A DNA stretch of 63,192 nucleotides, filler included, from Octopus bimaculoides (taxonomy: Eukaryota): NCBI RefSeq assembly GCF_001194135.2. It is 8 parts of 8 records of this genome, joined end to end, with 100 filler letters (N's around TTAATTAATTAA, not from the genome) between each part and the next. Parts side by side here need not be neighbours in the genome. Positions count along the whole stretch, not along the records: positions 10,356 to 17,118 come from NC_068988.1; positions 17,219 to 25,429 come from NC_068996.1; 6 more parts are not named here. The stretch is one strand, 5' to 3'. Below are positions 11,683-25,429 of the stretch, piece after piece. The notes under the pieces were generated by a model. It worked only from the letters and a program-made list of their open reading frames with translations, was not told the origin of the DNA and made no database searches. Each line of letters opens with the position of its first letter. Position 1 is the stretch's first letter. A program made the translations under genes and the position numbers.

Positions 11683-12549
11683 GTACATACATACATACAT
11701 ACATATAAATATACAGACATACTGATATATGTGTGTGTGTGTGTGTGTGTGTGTATGTTTGTATGTATGTATGTATGTATAAAATATTGAATATATATAA
11801 ATTCTAGCATTGTTTCAGTTCTGGGATTATTTATATGAATTTATTGCTATTTCTTCTCAATGCTTTTACAAACCTCTTGTGGTCGTAACTTTGTAAGTTA
11901 TCATTATCTAACTTGTACTCCACCTCCTATTATATATATCCACCATACACCCAGTACTAGTGTTTTTTTTGTTTAGAGATAATGTATTCTAGATGTCTAT
12001 AGATATCATCATTAGCTTTATTATATTCTGTTTCTTATCTTCTAATTGATTATATAAAGACTTTAACTCATTCATACAACTAGCATATTGATGCCTTCTT
12101 ATTTGTTTTTATCATTTATTGTCAATAATACAATATCTTGGTAAAACGCCTTTTACTACCTTTTTTTTTTTTTTTTTGCTATATGTTCTGTCGTGATCTT
12201 TTATATCTAAACATTTCTGCATGTGTTATTGGACAATTTTTTTTTTATTTTGGACATTTCTACCTAACCTGGTACATTGTGGATGGCTTTTGAATTTCCT
12301 CATTTTCATTCTTTTTTCTTTTCTTCTTTTTCTTTTTTTGGTAAATGTTCTTGTACTGTGATCATTCAATATCTTTCTGTAAGCATCCAGTTAAGTTAAT
12401 AGAAACTAATGATGTCACCATTGTATGTTCACTAATCCTGCTAGAAATACCAGCCAAATCTCCATCACCTAAAAAAAAATCAACAGGAGAAACACATTAT
12501 ATAATGTTGTTCTAGATACAATTACCTATGAAAATAAGAAACCGAGGCA

Positions 12550-13300
12550 GATATTAAAATAGTACCTTGATATGTTTTATGAAACCAAGATATGTTATAT
12601 TTACATTGAGGTAGTCTTTGTCAGACCAAAACAATAGTACCTTTGAGTAGTTTATATCAGGTCTAGCCAGGTATTGTAATAATAACTTGATGTAGCCTAT
12701 GTCAAACCAAGTGAGATATTGTAATAGTACTTTGATGTCAGAACAAGACAGATATTGCAATAGTACCTTGATAGTCTATGTCAAATAGTCTATGTCAAAC
12801 TAAAATAGATATTGCAATAGTATGATATTGTCTATGTCAGACAAAAATGGCTGTTATTATAAAAACTGGATGTAGTTTATCAGACCAAGATAAATATTGT
12901 AATAGTACCTTGATGTAAGTTATATTAGACCAAAAGGGATATTGTAAAAGTAACTTTTTAGTCTGTGTCACACCAAACAGACTTCAGACAAATATTGCAA
13001 TGATACCCTGAAATCTATTTCAAACCCTGACAACTATTGCGCAGATACATAAAGATTCTCATGTACATATTTCCATGCAAGGTCAGGGTTGGAATAGTAC
13101 CCTGATATTTTGTATAGATACCCTGAAAGTGTGACAATAGCATCCTCATATGCTGATACAGTCTATGTCAGACCTAGATACATGTTGCAGCTGTATCTTG
13201 ACATCCTTTTGCATTCTAGGTTTAGACATGTGTTGCAGTGATAATCTGATGTAGTTTATCTGAGTATCAGATTCACATCGAAATAACACCTTGTTACCTT
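12550..13300. repeat. Degenerate ~45-bp minisatellite
   Basis: Consensus is approximately gatattgcaatagtaccttgatgtagtctatgtcagaccaagaca; markers at 12678, 12723, 12759, 12901, 12946. Confidence 0.75.
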
Positions 13301-13609
13301 GATGCATTCTTTGTAAGACAAACAGGTGTTTCAATAATAATCTGTTAAGCAGAGACAGTTGCAGAACATACAGCATCAGATGTGCAGCACCAGCATCTTT
13401 TCAATCTATTTGTGGATAGGCGTGCACTGTTTGGTAGATAAGAGATAATTGTTGTTAGTCTAAAATTCCCTACAGCATCAACAGAAGGGTGCTGTTTGGA
13501 GCTAATTGCAATACCTGACATTTGGGGAGTATTATACATTGCTCAACAATCTTTTCTATATTGGGTATCTGTACCATGTAAAGGATCTTGTATAGACTGG
13601 CAGAGGCAT

Positions 13610-14132
13610 AGCTGTGTGGTTAAGAAAATTCATTCTCATCTGTGTGGTTCATGGTTCAGTCCTGTTGTGCACTACCACAGGCATGTGTTTTCTAACATGA
13701 CCTCAAGTCAACAAATATCTTGGGAGCAGAATTTGGTAGACAAAACCTATGTAGAAACCTTAGTTCATGTGTGTGTGTGTGTGTGTGTGTGTGAGTGTGT
13801 GTGTGTGTGTACATACCAGTCTGTGTGTATGGATATGTGTGCATGTGTGTGTATATTCGTGTGATTGTGTTTCTTGTGTGTGTGTGTGTGTGTGTGTGTG
13901 TGCACACACGCACATGTGCACATGTGTGCCTATATGTATGCATATATGTGTGTGTGTGTTTGTGAGTGTGTGCATTTGTGTGTATGTGTGTGTGTGTTTG
14001 CCTCTATGTATGTGCATGCCTGTGTGTATGCATATGTGTGTATGCATATGTGTGTATGCATGAGTGTGTGTGCACGTCTGTGTGTGCATGTGTGTGCTCA
14101 TGCATGTGTATGCAGGAGTGTGTGTGTGTGTG
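13610..14132 (+). mobile_element. SINE family A head followed by an expanded complex (GT)/(AT) microsatellite
   Basis: ggcatagctgtgtggttaagaaa...ggttcagtcc head, then ~360 bp of GT/AT/GC dinucleotide mixture. Confidence 0.7.
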
Positions 14133-14767
14133 TCTTTCAGGTGAAGGTCAAATTATAGGATTCTTAAGTATGAAATGTCATGTTACATGACTGAGAAACA
14201 GGCAATGAATGTGGATGATGTATAAAATAGGAAAGCAATGAGATGCACATGTTCTGCTTGATATTGTGTTTCTGAACGATGAAGGACAAATGAACTGAGA
14301 GAGAAAACTGTGGATAAGAGGAATCAAATACAGTGTACAACAGAAAAAAACTGTGCTGGTATGGACACAAGATGCATATGAGGGATAATAGTTTAATAAT
14401 GGATTGAACCAGTGTCGTTGTCATCGTCATCATCATTGTCATAATCACCACCATCATCATTGTCATCGTCATCATCGTCATCATTTTAACATATACTTTT
14501 TTATACTTGCATGAGTCAAATGGCTTTTATTGAGGTAAAGTCTTTACAGCTGGATACCCTTCCTGTTGCCAACCCTCACCTGTTTCATTTCAAAGCAAGG
14601 TAATATTTTCTCATGGCCAGAACATGCTTTGTCAGAATGTTGGAAGTGAATGATACTGCTTGTATGACAGTAACACTCATTTACAACAATCACATGATGC
14701 CAAGACAAGGAAACACAAACATATACACACTCACATTCACACACACCATATAACTATCTATCTATCA

Positions 14768-14789
<22 letters not shown>

Positions 14790-14808
<19 letters not shown>

Positions 14809-15040
14809 ATTTCTTTACTGCCTTCAAGGGGCTACATACAGAGGGGACAAACAAGGACAGACAAATGGATTAAGTCGATTATATCGACCCTAGTGCGTAA
14901 CTGGTACTTCTTTAATCGACCCAAAAGGATGAAAGACAAAGTCGACCTCGGCGGAATTTGAACTCAGATCGTAGCAGCAGACGAAATACCACGAAGCATT
15001 TCGCCCAGCATGCTATTGTTTCTGCCAGCTCGTCACCTTA
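14790..15040 (-). mobile_element. tRNA-derived SINE family B
   Basis: Reverse complement of aaggcggcgagctggcagaaac...gagttcaaattccgccgaggtcgactttgcctttcatcc; B-box-like GTTCAAATTCC. Confidence 0.85.
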
Positions 15041-15089
15041 AGATAGATCTATCTATCTATCTATCTATCATCTTAATATATATATATAT

Positions 15090-15500
15090 GGGGAAAATAT
15101 TCCACCAATATTATCCAAATTACATCACTATTAAGTTTACAATTCACCCAAGACTAGGTCCCCGTGCAATGGTCAAGATCACATCACATAAGAACATTGC
15201 AGCACAGTTTCTTCACTGCAAATGGTCCTGTTCTTTTCTATGTTATCCCGAAAGAAATTAAAGTATAAATAGACCCCACAACTTTCAAACAATACCTGGA
15301 CAAATTCCTCCAGGAAATACCAGATAAACCACCAACACCTGGATACATCTCAGCCAACAGCAACTCCCTGCTTGAGTGGTCCATAGTGTCCTGAAATAAT
15401 TAATTAAAAGTTTTTTCCAGGTGGTGCTATTGGGCCATGCACCACCTGGTGCATGGCCTGAGCCGATAATGGCCAAAACCAATCTAAGTTATGTAAGTTA
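15090..15500 (+). mobile_element. CR1-clade LINE 3' end
   Basis: Degenerate translation HPRLGPRA...NGPVLF..IPKEI...FKQYLDKFLQEIPDKP.TPGY.SANSNSLLEW, then a 3' UTR with inverted repeat caggtggtgc/gcaccacctg and a ctaagtt-type tail. Confidence 0.75.
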
Positions 15501-15541
15501 TTTACTCACACACACATATATACATTTACATATGTATATAC

Positions 15542-15575
<34 letters not shown>

Positions 15576-16269
15576 NNNNNNNNNNNNNNNNNNNNNNNNN
15601 NNNNNNNNNNNNNNNNNNNNNNNNNNNNNNNNNNNNNNNNNNNNNNNNNNNNNNNNNNNNNNNNNNNNNNNNNNNNNNNNNNNNNNNNNNNNNNNNNNNN
15701 NNNNNNNNNNNNNNNNNNNNNNNNNNNNNNNNNNNNNNNNNNNNNNNNNNNNNNNNNNNNNNNNNNNNNNNNNNNNNNNNNNNNNNNNNNNNNNNNNNNN
15801 NNNNNNNNNNNNNNNNNNNNNNNNNNNNNNNNNNNNNNNNNNNNNNNNNNNNNNNNNNNNNNNNNNNNNNNNNNNNNNNNNNNNNNNNNNNNNNNNNNNN
15901 NNNNNNNNNNNNNNNNNNNNNNNNNNNNNNNNNNNNNNNNNNNNNNNNNNNNNNNNNNNNNNNNNNNNNNNNNNNNNNNNNNNNNNNNNNNNNNNNNNNN
16001 NNNNNNNNNNNNNNNNNNNNNNNNNNNNNNNNNNNNNNNNNNNNNNNNNNNNNNNNNNNNNNNNNNNNNNNNNNNNNNNNNNNNNNNNNNNNNNNNNNNN
16101 NNNNNNNNNNNNNNNNNNNNNNNNNNNNNNNNNNNNNNNNNNNNNNNNNNNNNNNNNNNNNNNNNNNNNNNNNNNNNNNNNNNNNNNNNNNNNNNNNNNN
16201 NNNNNNNNNNNNNNNNNNNTTCATTCAGATATCATTTGTGTCTTCTGGCACCCAATGTTTGGTTATGAA

Positions 16270-16312
<43 letters not shown>

Positions 16313-16745
16313 CTTTCCCACTCTCTTCCCTCCCTCCTTCCCACCCACCTTCCCTCCCTACCTCACCAGCTACAGTCAACCCCCTGATCAAACAAAATCA
16401 ATCCAATATTTGGTAAGATTCAATTGGTAGCAAAGAAATTCTCCATTAAAGAACAAAACAGTAAAAATATATATAAATAGATAAATAAAAAAAAAGGTGA
16501 AAAAATAAATTAATAGATAAATAAATCATAAAACAGAAAATTACTTATACAAAACACACATAAAACAAAAATAATAATAACCTCATCAAAAAGCAATATA
16601 TTAATAAGTTGGCTTTGATTGCTTTCTAACTAGTTCCTCAAGACTTCAATTTGTTCTCAAAGAAATTGATTTACAAATATGTCTTTAGAATATTATTTAT
16701 CTATTTATTAAATAATATTTCACTGTGATGTCCTAGTTTAAATAC

Positions 16746-16787
<42 letters not shown>

Positions 16788-16879
16788 TCTCTTTCTCTTT
16801 CTCTCTCTCCCTCTCTTTCTCTTTCTCTCTCTCTCTCTCTCCCTCTCTTTCTCTTTCTCTCTCTCCCTCTCTTTCTCTT

Positions 16880-16917
<38 letters not shown>

Positions 16918-17083
16918 TCTCCCTCTCTCACTCTCCTTCCACCCATATACACATTCCCTCAATAAGCTCCTATTTTTATTTTCCTCAAGAATGACACAAT
17001 TCCTTTTGATTGACTTCATAATAATATGATAGCCTTTTGCTTACTAAAACACATCATCATCATCATCATCATCATCATCACCA

Positions 17084-17118
<35 letters not shown>

Positions 17119-17218
17119 NNNNNNNNNNNNNNNNNNNNNNNNNNNNNNNNNNNNNNNNNNNNTTAATTAATTAANNNNNNNNNNNNNNNNNNNNNNNNNN
17201 NNNNNNNNNNNNNNNNNN

Positions 17219-17267
<49 letters not shown>

Positions 17268-17277
17268 GTATCCATCC

Positions 17278-17334
<57 letters not shown>

Positions 17335-17640
17335 CCTACCTAGCTACCTAACTACCTATCCGTCTGTCTACCTGTCTCCTTTTACAGGTGTAGCTGTGTG
17401 GTAAGAAATTGGTTCGCAACTACTCGTTTCCGCATTCAGTTCCACTGTTTGGCACCTTCGACAACTGTATTTTCCTGTAGCGTCGGACGGACCAAACTGA
17501 TGTGAGCGAATTTGCAATGGAGAAACTGAAAGAAGCCTAGCGAATACGTGTGTGTGTGTGTGTGTGCACCTGAGTGCACGTGCCGTGCAATGTTTTTGTG
17601 ATTCACAACCGGCATTGCAGTTTTTTCATGCGCGCAACAT

Positions 17641-17730
17641 AATGTCTCGGCAAAATGCACATCAGAATGGTACAAGGCATTCAAAAATGGGGTTGAATCG
17701 ATCGATTGAAATGCTGGGCCTCAAAACGGT
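17641..17730 (+). mobile_element. Mariner transposase N-terminal (HTH) fragment
   Basis: MSRQNAHQ/WYKAFKNGVESID resembles mariner MSRTQVYEWYKRFKEGRESVED. Confidence 0.5.
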
Positions 17731-18424
17731 CGAATTCTCATGACATAAACAAGAGAAACAATAAAAGGATATGTTTATATACGTATATATATATAATATG
17801 TACNNNNNNNNNNNNNNNNNNNNNNNNNNNNNNNNNNNNNNNNNNNNNNNNNNNNNNNNNNNNNNNNNNNNNNNNNNNNNNNNNNNNNNNNNNNNNNNNN
17901 NNNNNNNNNNNNNNNNNNNNNNNNNNNNNNNNNNNNNNNNNNNNNNNNNNNNNNNNNNNNNNNNNNNNNNNNNNNNNNNNNNNNNNNNNNNNNNNNNNNN
18001 NNNNNNNNNNNNNNNNNNNNNNNNNNNNNNNNNNNNNNNNNNNNNNNNNNNNNNNNNNNNNNNNNNNNNNNNNNNNNNNNNNNNNNNNNNNNNNNNNNNN
18101 NNNNNNNNNNNNNNNNNNNNNNNNNNNNNNNNNNNNNNNNNNNNNNNNNNNNNNNNNNNNNNNNNNNNNNNNNNNNNNNNNNNNNNNNNNNNNNNNNNNN
18201 NNNNNNNNNNNNNNNNNNNNNNNNNNNNNNNNNNNNNNNNNNNNNNNNNNNNNNNNNNNNNNNNNNNNNNNNNNNNNNNNNNNNNNNNNNNNNNNNNNNN
18301 NNNNNNNNNNNNNNNNNNNNNNNNNNNNNNNNNNNNNNNNNNNNNNNNNNNNNNNNNNNNNNNNNNNNNNNNNNNNNNNNNNNNNNNNNNNNNNNNNNNN
18401 NNNNNNNNNNNNNNNNNNNNNNNN

Positions 18425-18459
<35 letters not shown>

Positions 18460-19156
18460 TATACATATGTATACATACATTATCGTTTGCACCCTTATAG
18501 TTGTATAACTCTAAATACGCCATAGAGATCATTAGAAACTCAAAATCTACCTCATTCCAACCGTGCCCACATCGTCATTTCGCAGGTACTAGGAACATGC
18601 ATAACAGCAGGGTGTAAGATGAAGGACGGTGTGACTGCCATCTCTAGTCGATAGGCGTCCATGTAGAGCCGCTATTGTTGGCTCGTTAGATCTGCATGTG
18701 ATTTGAGGATTGGCAGTTCCGAGTTGCCTAATTCTATGTATTCACTCCCCTGCAAATCCTGCTGCGACAGAGCTTCGGTGTATATAACGAAACAGACTAT
18801 CCAAAAAATCCCATAAAATCTCAAGAATTTACTTTCGTTTCACACAGGATGTTGATTATTACATTTCTAGTTTTATAAGAATATTCACGTCTTACACACA
18901 CACACACACATAGGCGCGCGCGCAAACACGCAGACACACACACACAGACACACACGCGCATACACACACACCTGGCCTAATAAGCCAATCACAAACAGAT
19001 AAGAGGAAAGAAAAAAAAAAGAAATAGGTAAAAACAGAATCTTTCATTTATTTTCCTTGTATGTAACATATTTTGTAATGGGAACATCTCTATTTTAAAG
19101 CATTCCCACACGCCCAGACGTCTATATTCAGACTCACACATCCACACACAAATACA

Positions 19157-19198
<42 letters not shown>

Positions 19199-20088
19199 CT
19201 CTCTGACACACACACAGACACACACTCTCTCTCTCTGACACACACACACACACACACTCACTCTCTCTGACACACACACACACACGCACACACATATATA
19301 CACATATATATCCTTTTATTCTTTTATTTTTTTACTTGTTCCAATCATTTGACTGCGGCCATGCTGGAGCACCGGCTTAAAAAAATGTTACTCGAATCGA
19401 TCCCAGGTCTTATACNNNNNNNNNNNNNNNNNNNNNNNNNNNNNNNNNNNNNNNNNNNNNNNNNNNNNNNNNNNNNNNNNNNNNNNNNNNNNNNNNNNNN
19501 NNNNNNNNNNNNNNNNNNNNNNNNNNNNNNNNNNNNNNNNNNNNNNNNNNNNNNNNNNNNNNNNNNNNNNNNNNNNNNNNNNNNNNNNNNNNNNNNNNNN
19601 NNNNNNNNNNNNNNNNNNNNNNNNNNNNNNNNNNNNNNNNNNNNNNNNNNNNNNNNNNNNNNNNNNNNNNNNNNNNNNNNNNNNNNNNNNNNNNNNNNNN
19701 NNNNNNNNNNNNNNNNNNNNNNNNNNNNNNNNNNNNNNNNNNNNNNNNNNNNNNNNNNNNNNNNNNNNNNNNNNNNNNNNNNNNNNNNNNNNNNNNNNNN
19801 NNNNNNNNNNNNNNNNNNNNNNNNNNNNNNNNNNNNNNNNNNNNNNNNNNNNNNNNNNNNNNNNNNNNNNNNNNNNNNNNNNNNNNNNNNNNNNNNNNNN
19901 NNNNNNNNNNNNNNNNNNNNNNNNNNNNNNNNNNNNNNNNNNNNNNNNNNNNNNNNNNNNNNNNNNNNNNNNNNNNNNNNNNNNNNNNNNNNNNNNNNNN
20001 NNNNNNNNNNNNNNNNNNNNNNNNNNNNNNNNNNNNNNNNNNNNNNNNNNNNNNNNNNNNNNNNNNNNNNNNNNNNNNNNNNNNNNNA

Positions 20089-20221
20089 AAGATTGCTTTC
20101 CAACTACATGGTTCCAGGTTCAGTCCCACTGCGCAGCACCTTGAGCAAACGACTTCTATTATAGCCTCAGGCCAACAAAAGCCTTGTGAGTGGATTTGGT
20201 GTACGGAGACTTAATGAAGCC

Positions 20222-20262
<41 letters not shown>

Positions 20263-20495
20263 CGCGCGCGCGTGTCTTTGTGTAGAGTTCGTCCACCACC
20301 ACCACCACCACTTGATAACCAGTATTGGTGTGTTTACGTCCCCGTAACTTAGCGGTTCGTAAAAGAGACCGATAGAATACGTACGGGGCTTATAAAATGT
20401 CAGCCTTGGAGCAGATACGTTTGACTGGAAATTCTTGAAGGCTGTGCCCCAGCATGGCCGCAGTCTAGTGACTGAAACTAGTAAAAGGTAGAAGA
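20089..20495 (+). mobile_element. SINE family A, near full length (5' end in gap)
   Basis: Head, central (GT)n and 3' module as in other copies. Confidence 0.85.
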
Positions 20496-20917
20496 TATAT
20501 GTCATATATATATATATAAAAATTTTGCATATACCTATATACTTGTATGTACATTTATATATATATGCGTGTGTATATCATTGTATGTGTATGCGTATTA
20601 GATAGACGCACATGGACTTTCATATGTATATATATAGGCATCCACTCAACAATATGCATATATATACGCATACAGACATTCTGTATGTATTCTTTTCCTT
20701 GTTTCAGTCATTTGATTGTGGCCATGCTGGAGCATCACCTTTAGTCGAGCAAATTGACCCCAAGACTTATTCTTCGTAAGCCTAGTACTTATTCTATCGG
20801 TCTCTTCTGCCGACGACTTTTATGATATGTATATTCCTGTTTACATGTATTTATATTATAGACTTGTTGAAGCGTGTGTGCCTTAATGTATTTATAACGT
20901 TATATATGTATGTGTGG

Positions 20918-20966
<49 letters not shown>

Positions 20967-21044
20967 CTGAGAAAGAAGCAGACAGACATAGATATTGATT
21001 TGAAATTTTGGTACATGCCATAAAATCGGGGAACAGTGTAGGTC

Positions 21045-21238
21045 AATGAAATCGACCCCACTACTTTGGGGTCGATGAAATCGACTGACACTCAAATGTT
21101 ACTTATTTTATTGAGTCTGAAATGATGAAAGGCAAAGTCGACTGCGGCGATATTTGAACACAGGACGCAAAGGACGGACGAAATACCGCTAAGCATCTCG
21201 GCTGAACTGCTAACGATTCTGCCAGCTCGCCGCCTAAC
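21045..21238 (-). mobile_element. SINE family B
   Basis: gatgaaaggcaaagtcgac...gaaataccgctaagcat...ttctgccagctcgccgcct. Confidence 0.8.
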
Positions 21239-21483
21239 GCATATATACATGTAGATATTACTCCAACATGTGCTGATTGTGAATACATGAGAATAACAAT
21301 ATGCTATAAATCAGTTTACATGTGCACATACGTACATTTACATATACACTTTAGTATGTGTATACATAAGGAAATATATACCGCATATCTGTGCATGTGC
21401 GTGTGTGTGTGTGTGTGTGTGCACGAACGTGCATACACACATGCGTACGTTTAATATAAGCATGCATTGGAACATGTACGTGT

Positions 21484-21534
<51 letters not shown>

Positions 21535-22074
21535 ATGCATCTATCACTCTATTTAGATATCTCTATATATATATCTCTATCAATCTATTTAGCTATCTCT
21601 CCCTGTATATCTCTATATCATACACACACACACTGATGTAAAAATTCACTATTCATTTCTTCATATTATAAAATGACCAAGTACGTGCAATAGATTTAAT
21701 GCATAGGGACTATAGTCAGTTATTTTACCCGCTGATCGTGTGAATAGTAATAAATTTTCATACTCGATAGTTCAACTCAGGACACGATGGTAAATATAAA
21801 TTTAACTAAATACTGCATTCTTACTTGGCTACCACGCCAGTGTTTCAACCACTTCATCCGTCTATCAGCTGCACCTTCGACTGCAACTGAATGCTGGGTT
21901 TTTTTGTTTTTTTTAGTTCGATCCCCAGTAACGGCTATCTTAATTCATAGTTTGGATATATAGAGTTATACTGTATGATACAAACATGAATAACATTTCG
22001 TTTCTTACCAAGTGAAGAAAAGAAAAAAAACTTTCCGTATAAACATGAAAAATAAAAAAGTATAATCAAATATA

Positions 22075-22089
22075 CGAATAATAATAATG

Positions 22090-22123
<34 letters not shown>

Positions 22124-22586
22124 TAATAATGGTAATAATAACNNNNNNNNNNNNNNNNNNNNNNNNNNNNNNNNNNNNNNNNNNNNNNNNNNNNNNNNNN
22201 NNNNNNNNNNNNNNNNNNNNNNNNNNNNNNNNNNNNNNNNNNNNNNNNNNNNNNNNNNNNNNNNNNNNNNNNNNNNNNNNNNNNNNNNNNNNNNNNNNNN
22301 NNNNNNNNNNNNNNNNNNNNNNNNNNNNNNNNNNNNNNNNNNNNNNNNNNNNNNNNNNNNNNNNNNNNNNNNNNNNNNNNNNNNNNNNNNNNNNNNNNNN
22401 NNNNNNNNNNNNNNNNNNNNNNNNNNNNNNNNNNNNNNNNNNNNNNNNNNNAACAACAACAACAACAACAATAATAATAATAATAATAATAATAATAAAC
22501 ATAATGATAATACTAAGACCGAATCTGAGCCAAACCAAAATAATAATGATGATGATGATGATGATAACAACAACAACAACAACAAC

Positions 22587-22648
<62 letters not shown>

Positions 22649-22685
22649 TAATAATGGTAATAATAACAACAATAATAATAAATTA
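22075..22685. repeat. Compound (AAT)n/(AAC)n/(GAT)n microsatellite spanning a gap
   Basis: Seen directly. Confidence 0.95.
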
Positions 22686-23049
22686 GTAAGGAAGAACAAA
22701 GACGGAAAACTATCTCTAATTTGGTTCTCGGTTTTGCTTCGTTTTTGCAACTACAACTTTTAATTTCGTTTATCTCATTTGTTCCAATCCCCAAATCATG
22801 TCCGTTTTCCATACTTGGTGGTTCTTTTATTATCTCTTACACCATTAAAATACAATACATGGGGTAAATATGTGCACACCCGGTGCATTGCATGCACTGT
22901 GTTTGTTTTTTTAGCAACAGCTACCCCGATGGGATTTGAACTCACCGAAGAACATAAATATCTGCAACTAAATTCAACTCGTTATCTGGTGCCACGCAAC
23001 TGATGATTTTATTTTTTATTATTTATTATTTATTTATTTATTTATTCAT

Positions 23050-23080
<31 letters not shown>

Positions 23081-25060
23081 TTTGCCACGTCCTGCGTACG
23101 ATGACATCGATATATGATACTGATGATGATGATGTTCACAACGACGACGACGACGACGATGATGAAGATGACGATGACAATGATGATGACGATGATGATG
23201 ACGATGATGATGATGAAGATGATGAAAATGAAGATGATGATGAAGATGNNNNNNNNNNNNNNNNNNNNNNNNNNNNNNNNNNNNNNNNNNNNNNNNNNNN
23301 NNNNNNNNNNNNNNNNNNNNNNNNNNNNNNNNNNNNNNNNNNNNNNNNAAGCATATGTATATCTATAAGCACACGTTAGCTGCTTTCTCGTATACGAGCA
23401 AAGCCATTGCTAGTAAGAATCAATGAAATGAGGCAATGTTGTTACAATGTGAGGCTCCTGAATGACTCCTGAGCCCAGCGAAAGTTTACATACATACATA
23501 CATACATATATGCAAGTATATCTGCATGTGTATTTATATATATATATAATAATAATACAAATGATATATGAGCATATGCATGTATACATACATATATGTA
23601 CATACCTACATCTGCATGTATATATACACGCATATCCGGGTACAGGACGTCAAAAAAGTAACGGGGACATAAAGCACAAGAAACGGACTTTTTATACAAA
23701 CAACAGAATGAACACATAGGAAAACAGACGAGCCACTTATAGAACTGTTCCCTCATCAGCTGCCTCTATTCTAAACTAGGCGTTTCAAAGATGAGGCAGA
23801 ACGCGCTCTTAGAATAGCTCTTCCAGTTGAGTGGATTAACCCACTAAACAGAGGGTTCCAAGGTAGCATACACAAACCAAGACAGGAAAAATTAAACAGT
23901 GATAACAACATTAAAGACCNNNNNNNNNNNNNNNNNNNNNNNNNNNNNNNNNNNNNNNNNNNNNNNNNNNNNNNNNNNNNNNNNNNNNNNNNNNNNNNNN
24001 NNNNNNNNNNNNNNNNNNNNNNNNNNNNNNNNNNNNNNNNNNNNNNNNNNNNNNNNNNNNNNNNNNNNNNNNNNNNNNNNNNNNNNNNNNNNNNNNNNNN
24101 NNNNNNNNNNNNNNNNNNNNNNNNNNNNNNNNNNNNNNNNNNNNNNNNNNNNNNNNNNNNNNNNNNNNNNNNNNNNNNNNNNNNNNNNNNNNNNNNNNNN
24201 NNNNNNNNNNNNNNNNNNNNNNNNNNNNNNNNNNNNNNNNNNNNNNNNNNNNNNNNNNNNNNNNNNNNNNNNNNNNNNNNNNNNNNNNNNNNNNNNNNTG
24301 TGTATGAGTGTGTGTGTAGAGAGAGAGAGAGTGAAAGAGAGAGTGAGAGTGAGAAAGATAGATAGATTCATAGATATAAATATAGGTAATAAAGCAGCAA
24401 AACTTGCCGTGTTCCACTTCGCGTTTCATAGCCTAGATAGCGATAAAAAAAAAGACCCGATCAGGCATCGGTGTTGACTTTATCTATTTTTCATTTCCCC
24501 TAAATTTCTTGGCAGATACCTATGTTTCCAGAAATTGTTGTATGAAAATGTTGTGAAGATTTTTTCCTTCGCAGATCATTTTTTGACAAAATTTTGTTTC
24601 ATCTCCATTAATCAGCCGTTGGCTATGTGCAGATGAAAAGAATTTTACAACAATAGCAAAATGGTTTCTCCACTGCTTCGATACACGATAGTATGATCAA
24701 TGTTGATTTGCTTTTCTACGCATACACACTTCGAAAGATTAAATCATAAGACGGACTACAGGTAAAATCAGCCTTGTATACAATCATAGAAATCCTATAT
24801 TGGTAATGGCATCTACAGCTACAGTGTCTTATCAAACTTGCTGTTAATTTTCTTTAAGATGGTTCAGAGAAATTTGAGGGAGGGTAGACAGATACTGTTA
24901 CGCGCAAAAACGCACGCACATGCATATTTTTTATTTTATTCTTGCTGTACCCTTATTTTTATTTTTATTCTTATTTTAATTTTTGTTTTTGTTTTTGTTT
25001 TTGTTTCTATTTCACTTTTGTTTTTATATCTTGCTAAATATTAGTATGGAATTCTTTGTG

Positions 25061-25189
25061 AATCTCTGAAGAGGCCTAGCGAATCGTGCTTATACCCCCA
25101 TTTCAGCATTTCATCCGATAATTACTCGGGCAGGAACTATTCGGATAAAATGGGGCATGCCAAAGCTAGGCCGAAACAGCTGTAAGATT
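25061..25189 (+). ncRNA. Type-I hammerhead ribozyme, fully intact, with an 84-nt insertion in stem II
   Basis: AATCT/AGATT stem I; CTGAAGA 25066-25072; GGCCTAGC/GCTAGGCC 8-bp stem II; GAAA 25173-25176; palindromic ACAGCTGT stem III; GUA site at 25182-25184. Confidence 0.85.
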
Positions 25190-25389
25190 AAGTTTATGTT
25201 CATTCTCTAATTCCTTATGTACTTTTATTTGTACACCCGGTTGTCAATATAACATGGTTTGTCATAAACACCTGTACTTTGTTTTTGTTTGTTTTTTGTC
25301 ACTTTAGTTATGAATTAACTTAATGAATTCAACGGGATACACTGTCTGCAAGTCGTTGGGTTCAGCATATTATTCTCCATTTTCTAATT

Positions 25390-25429
<40 letters not shown>

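Noticed and set aside
18500-18830. Unique GC-richer segment with AG|GT-like sites
   Set aside because: The candidate exon frames I checked contain stops on both strands, and no family was recognised.
23101-23379. Acidic poly-Asp ORF
   Set aside because: A (GAT/GAC)n microsatellite running into a gap, with no unique coding context.
24575-24761. Segment with a good acceptor (ttttttccttcgcag) and donor (cag|gtaaaa)
   Set aside because: Stops in all three frames; it could be a non-coding exon, but nothing in the sequence supports that.
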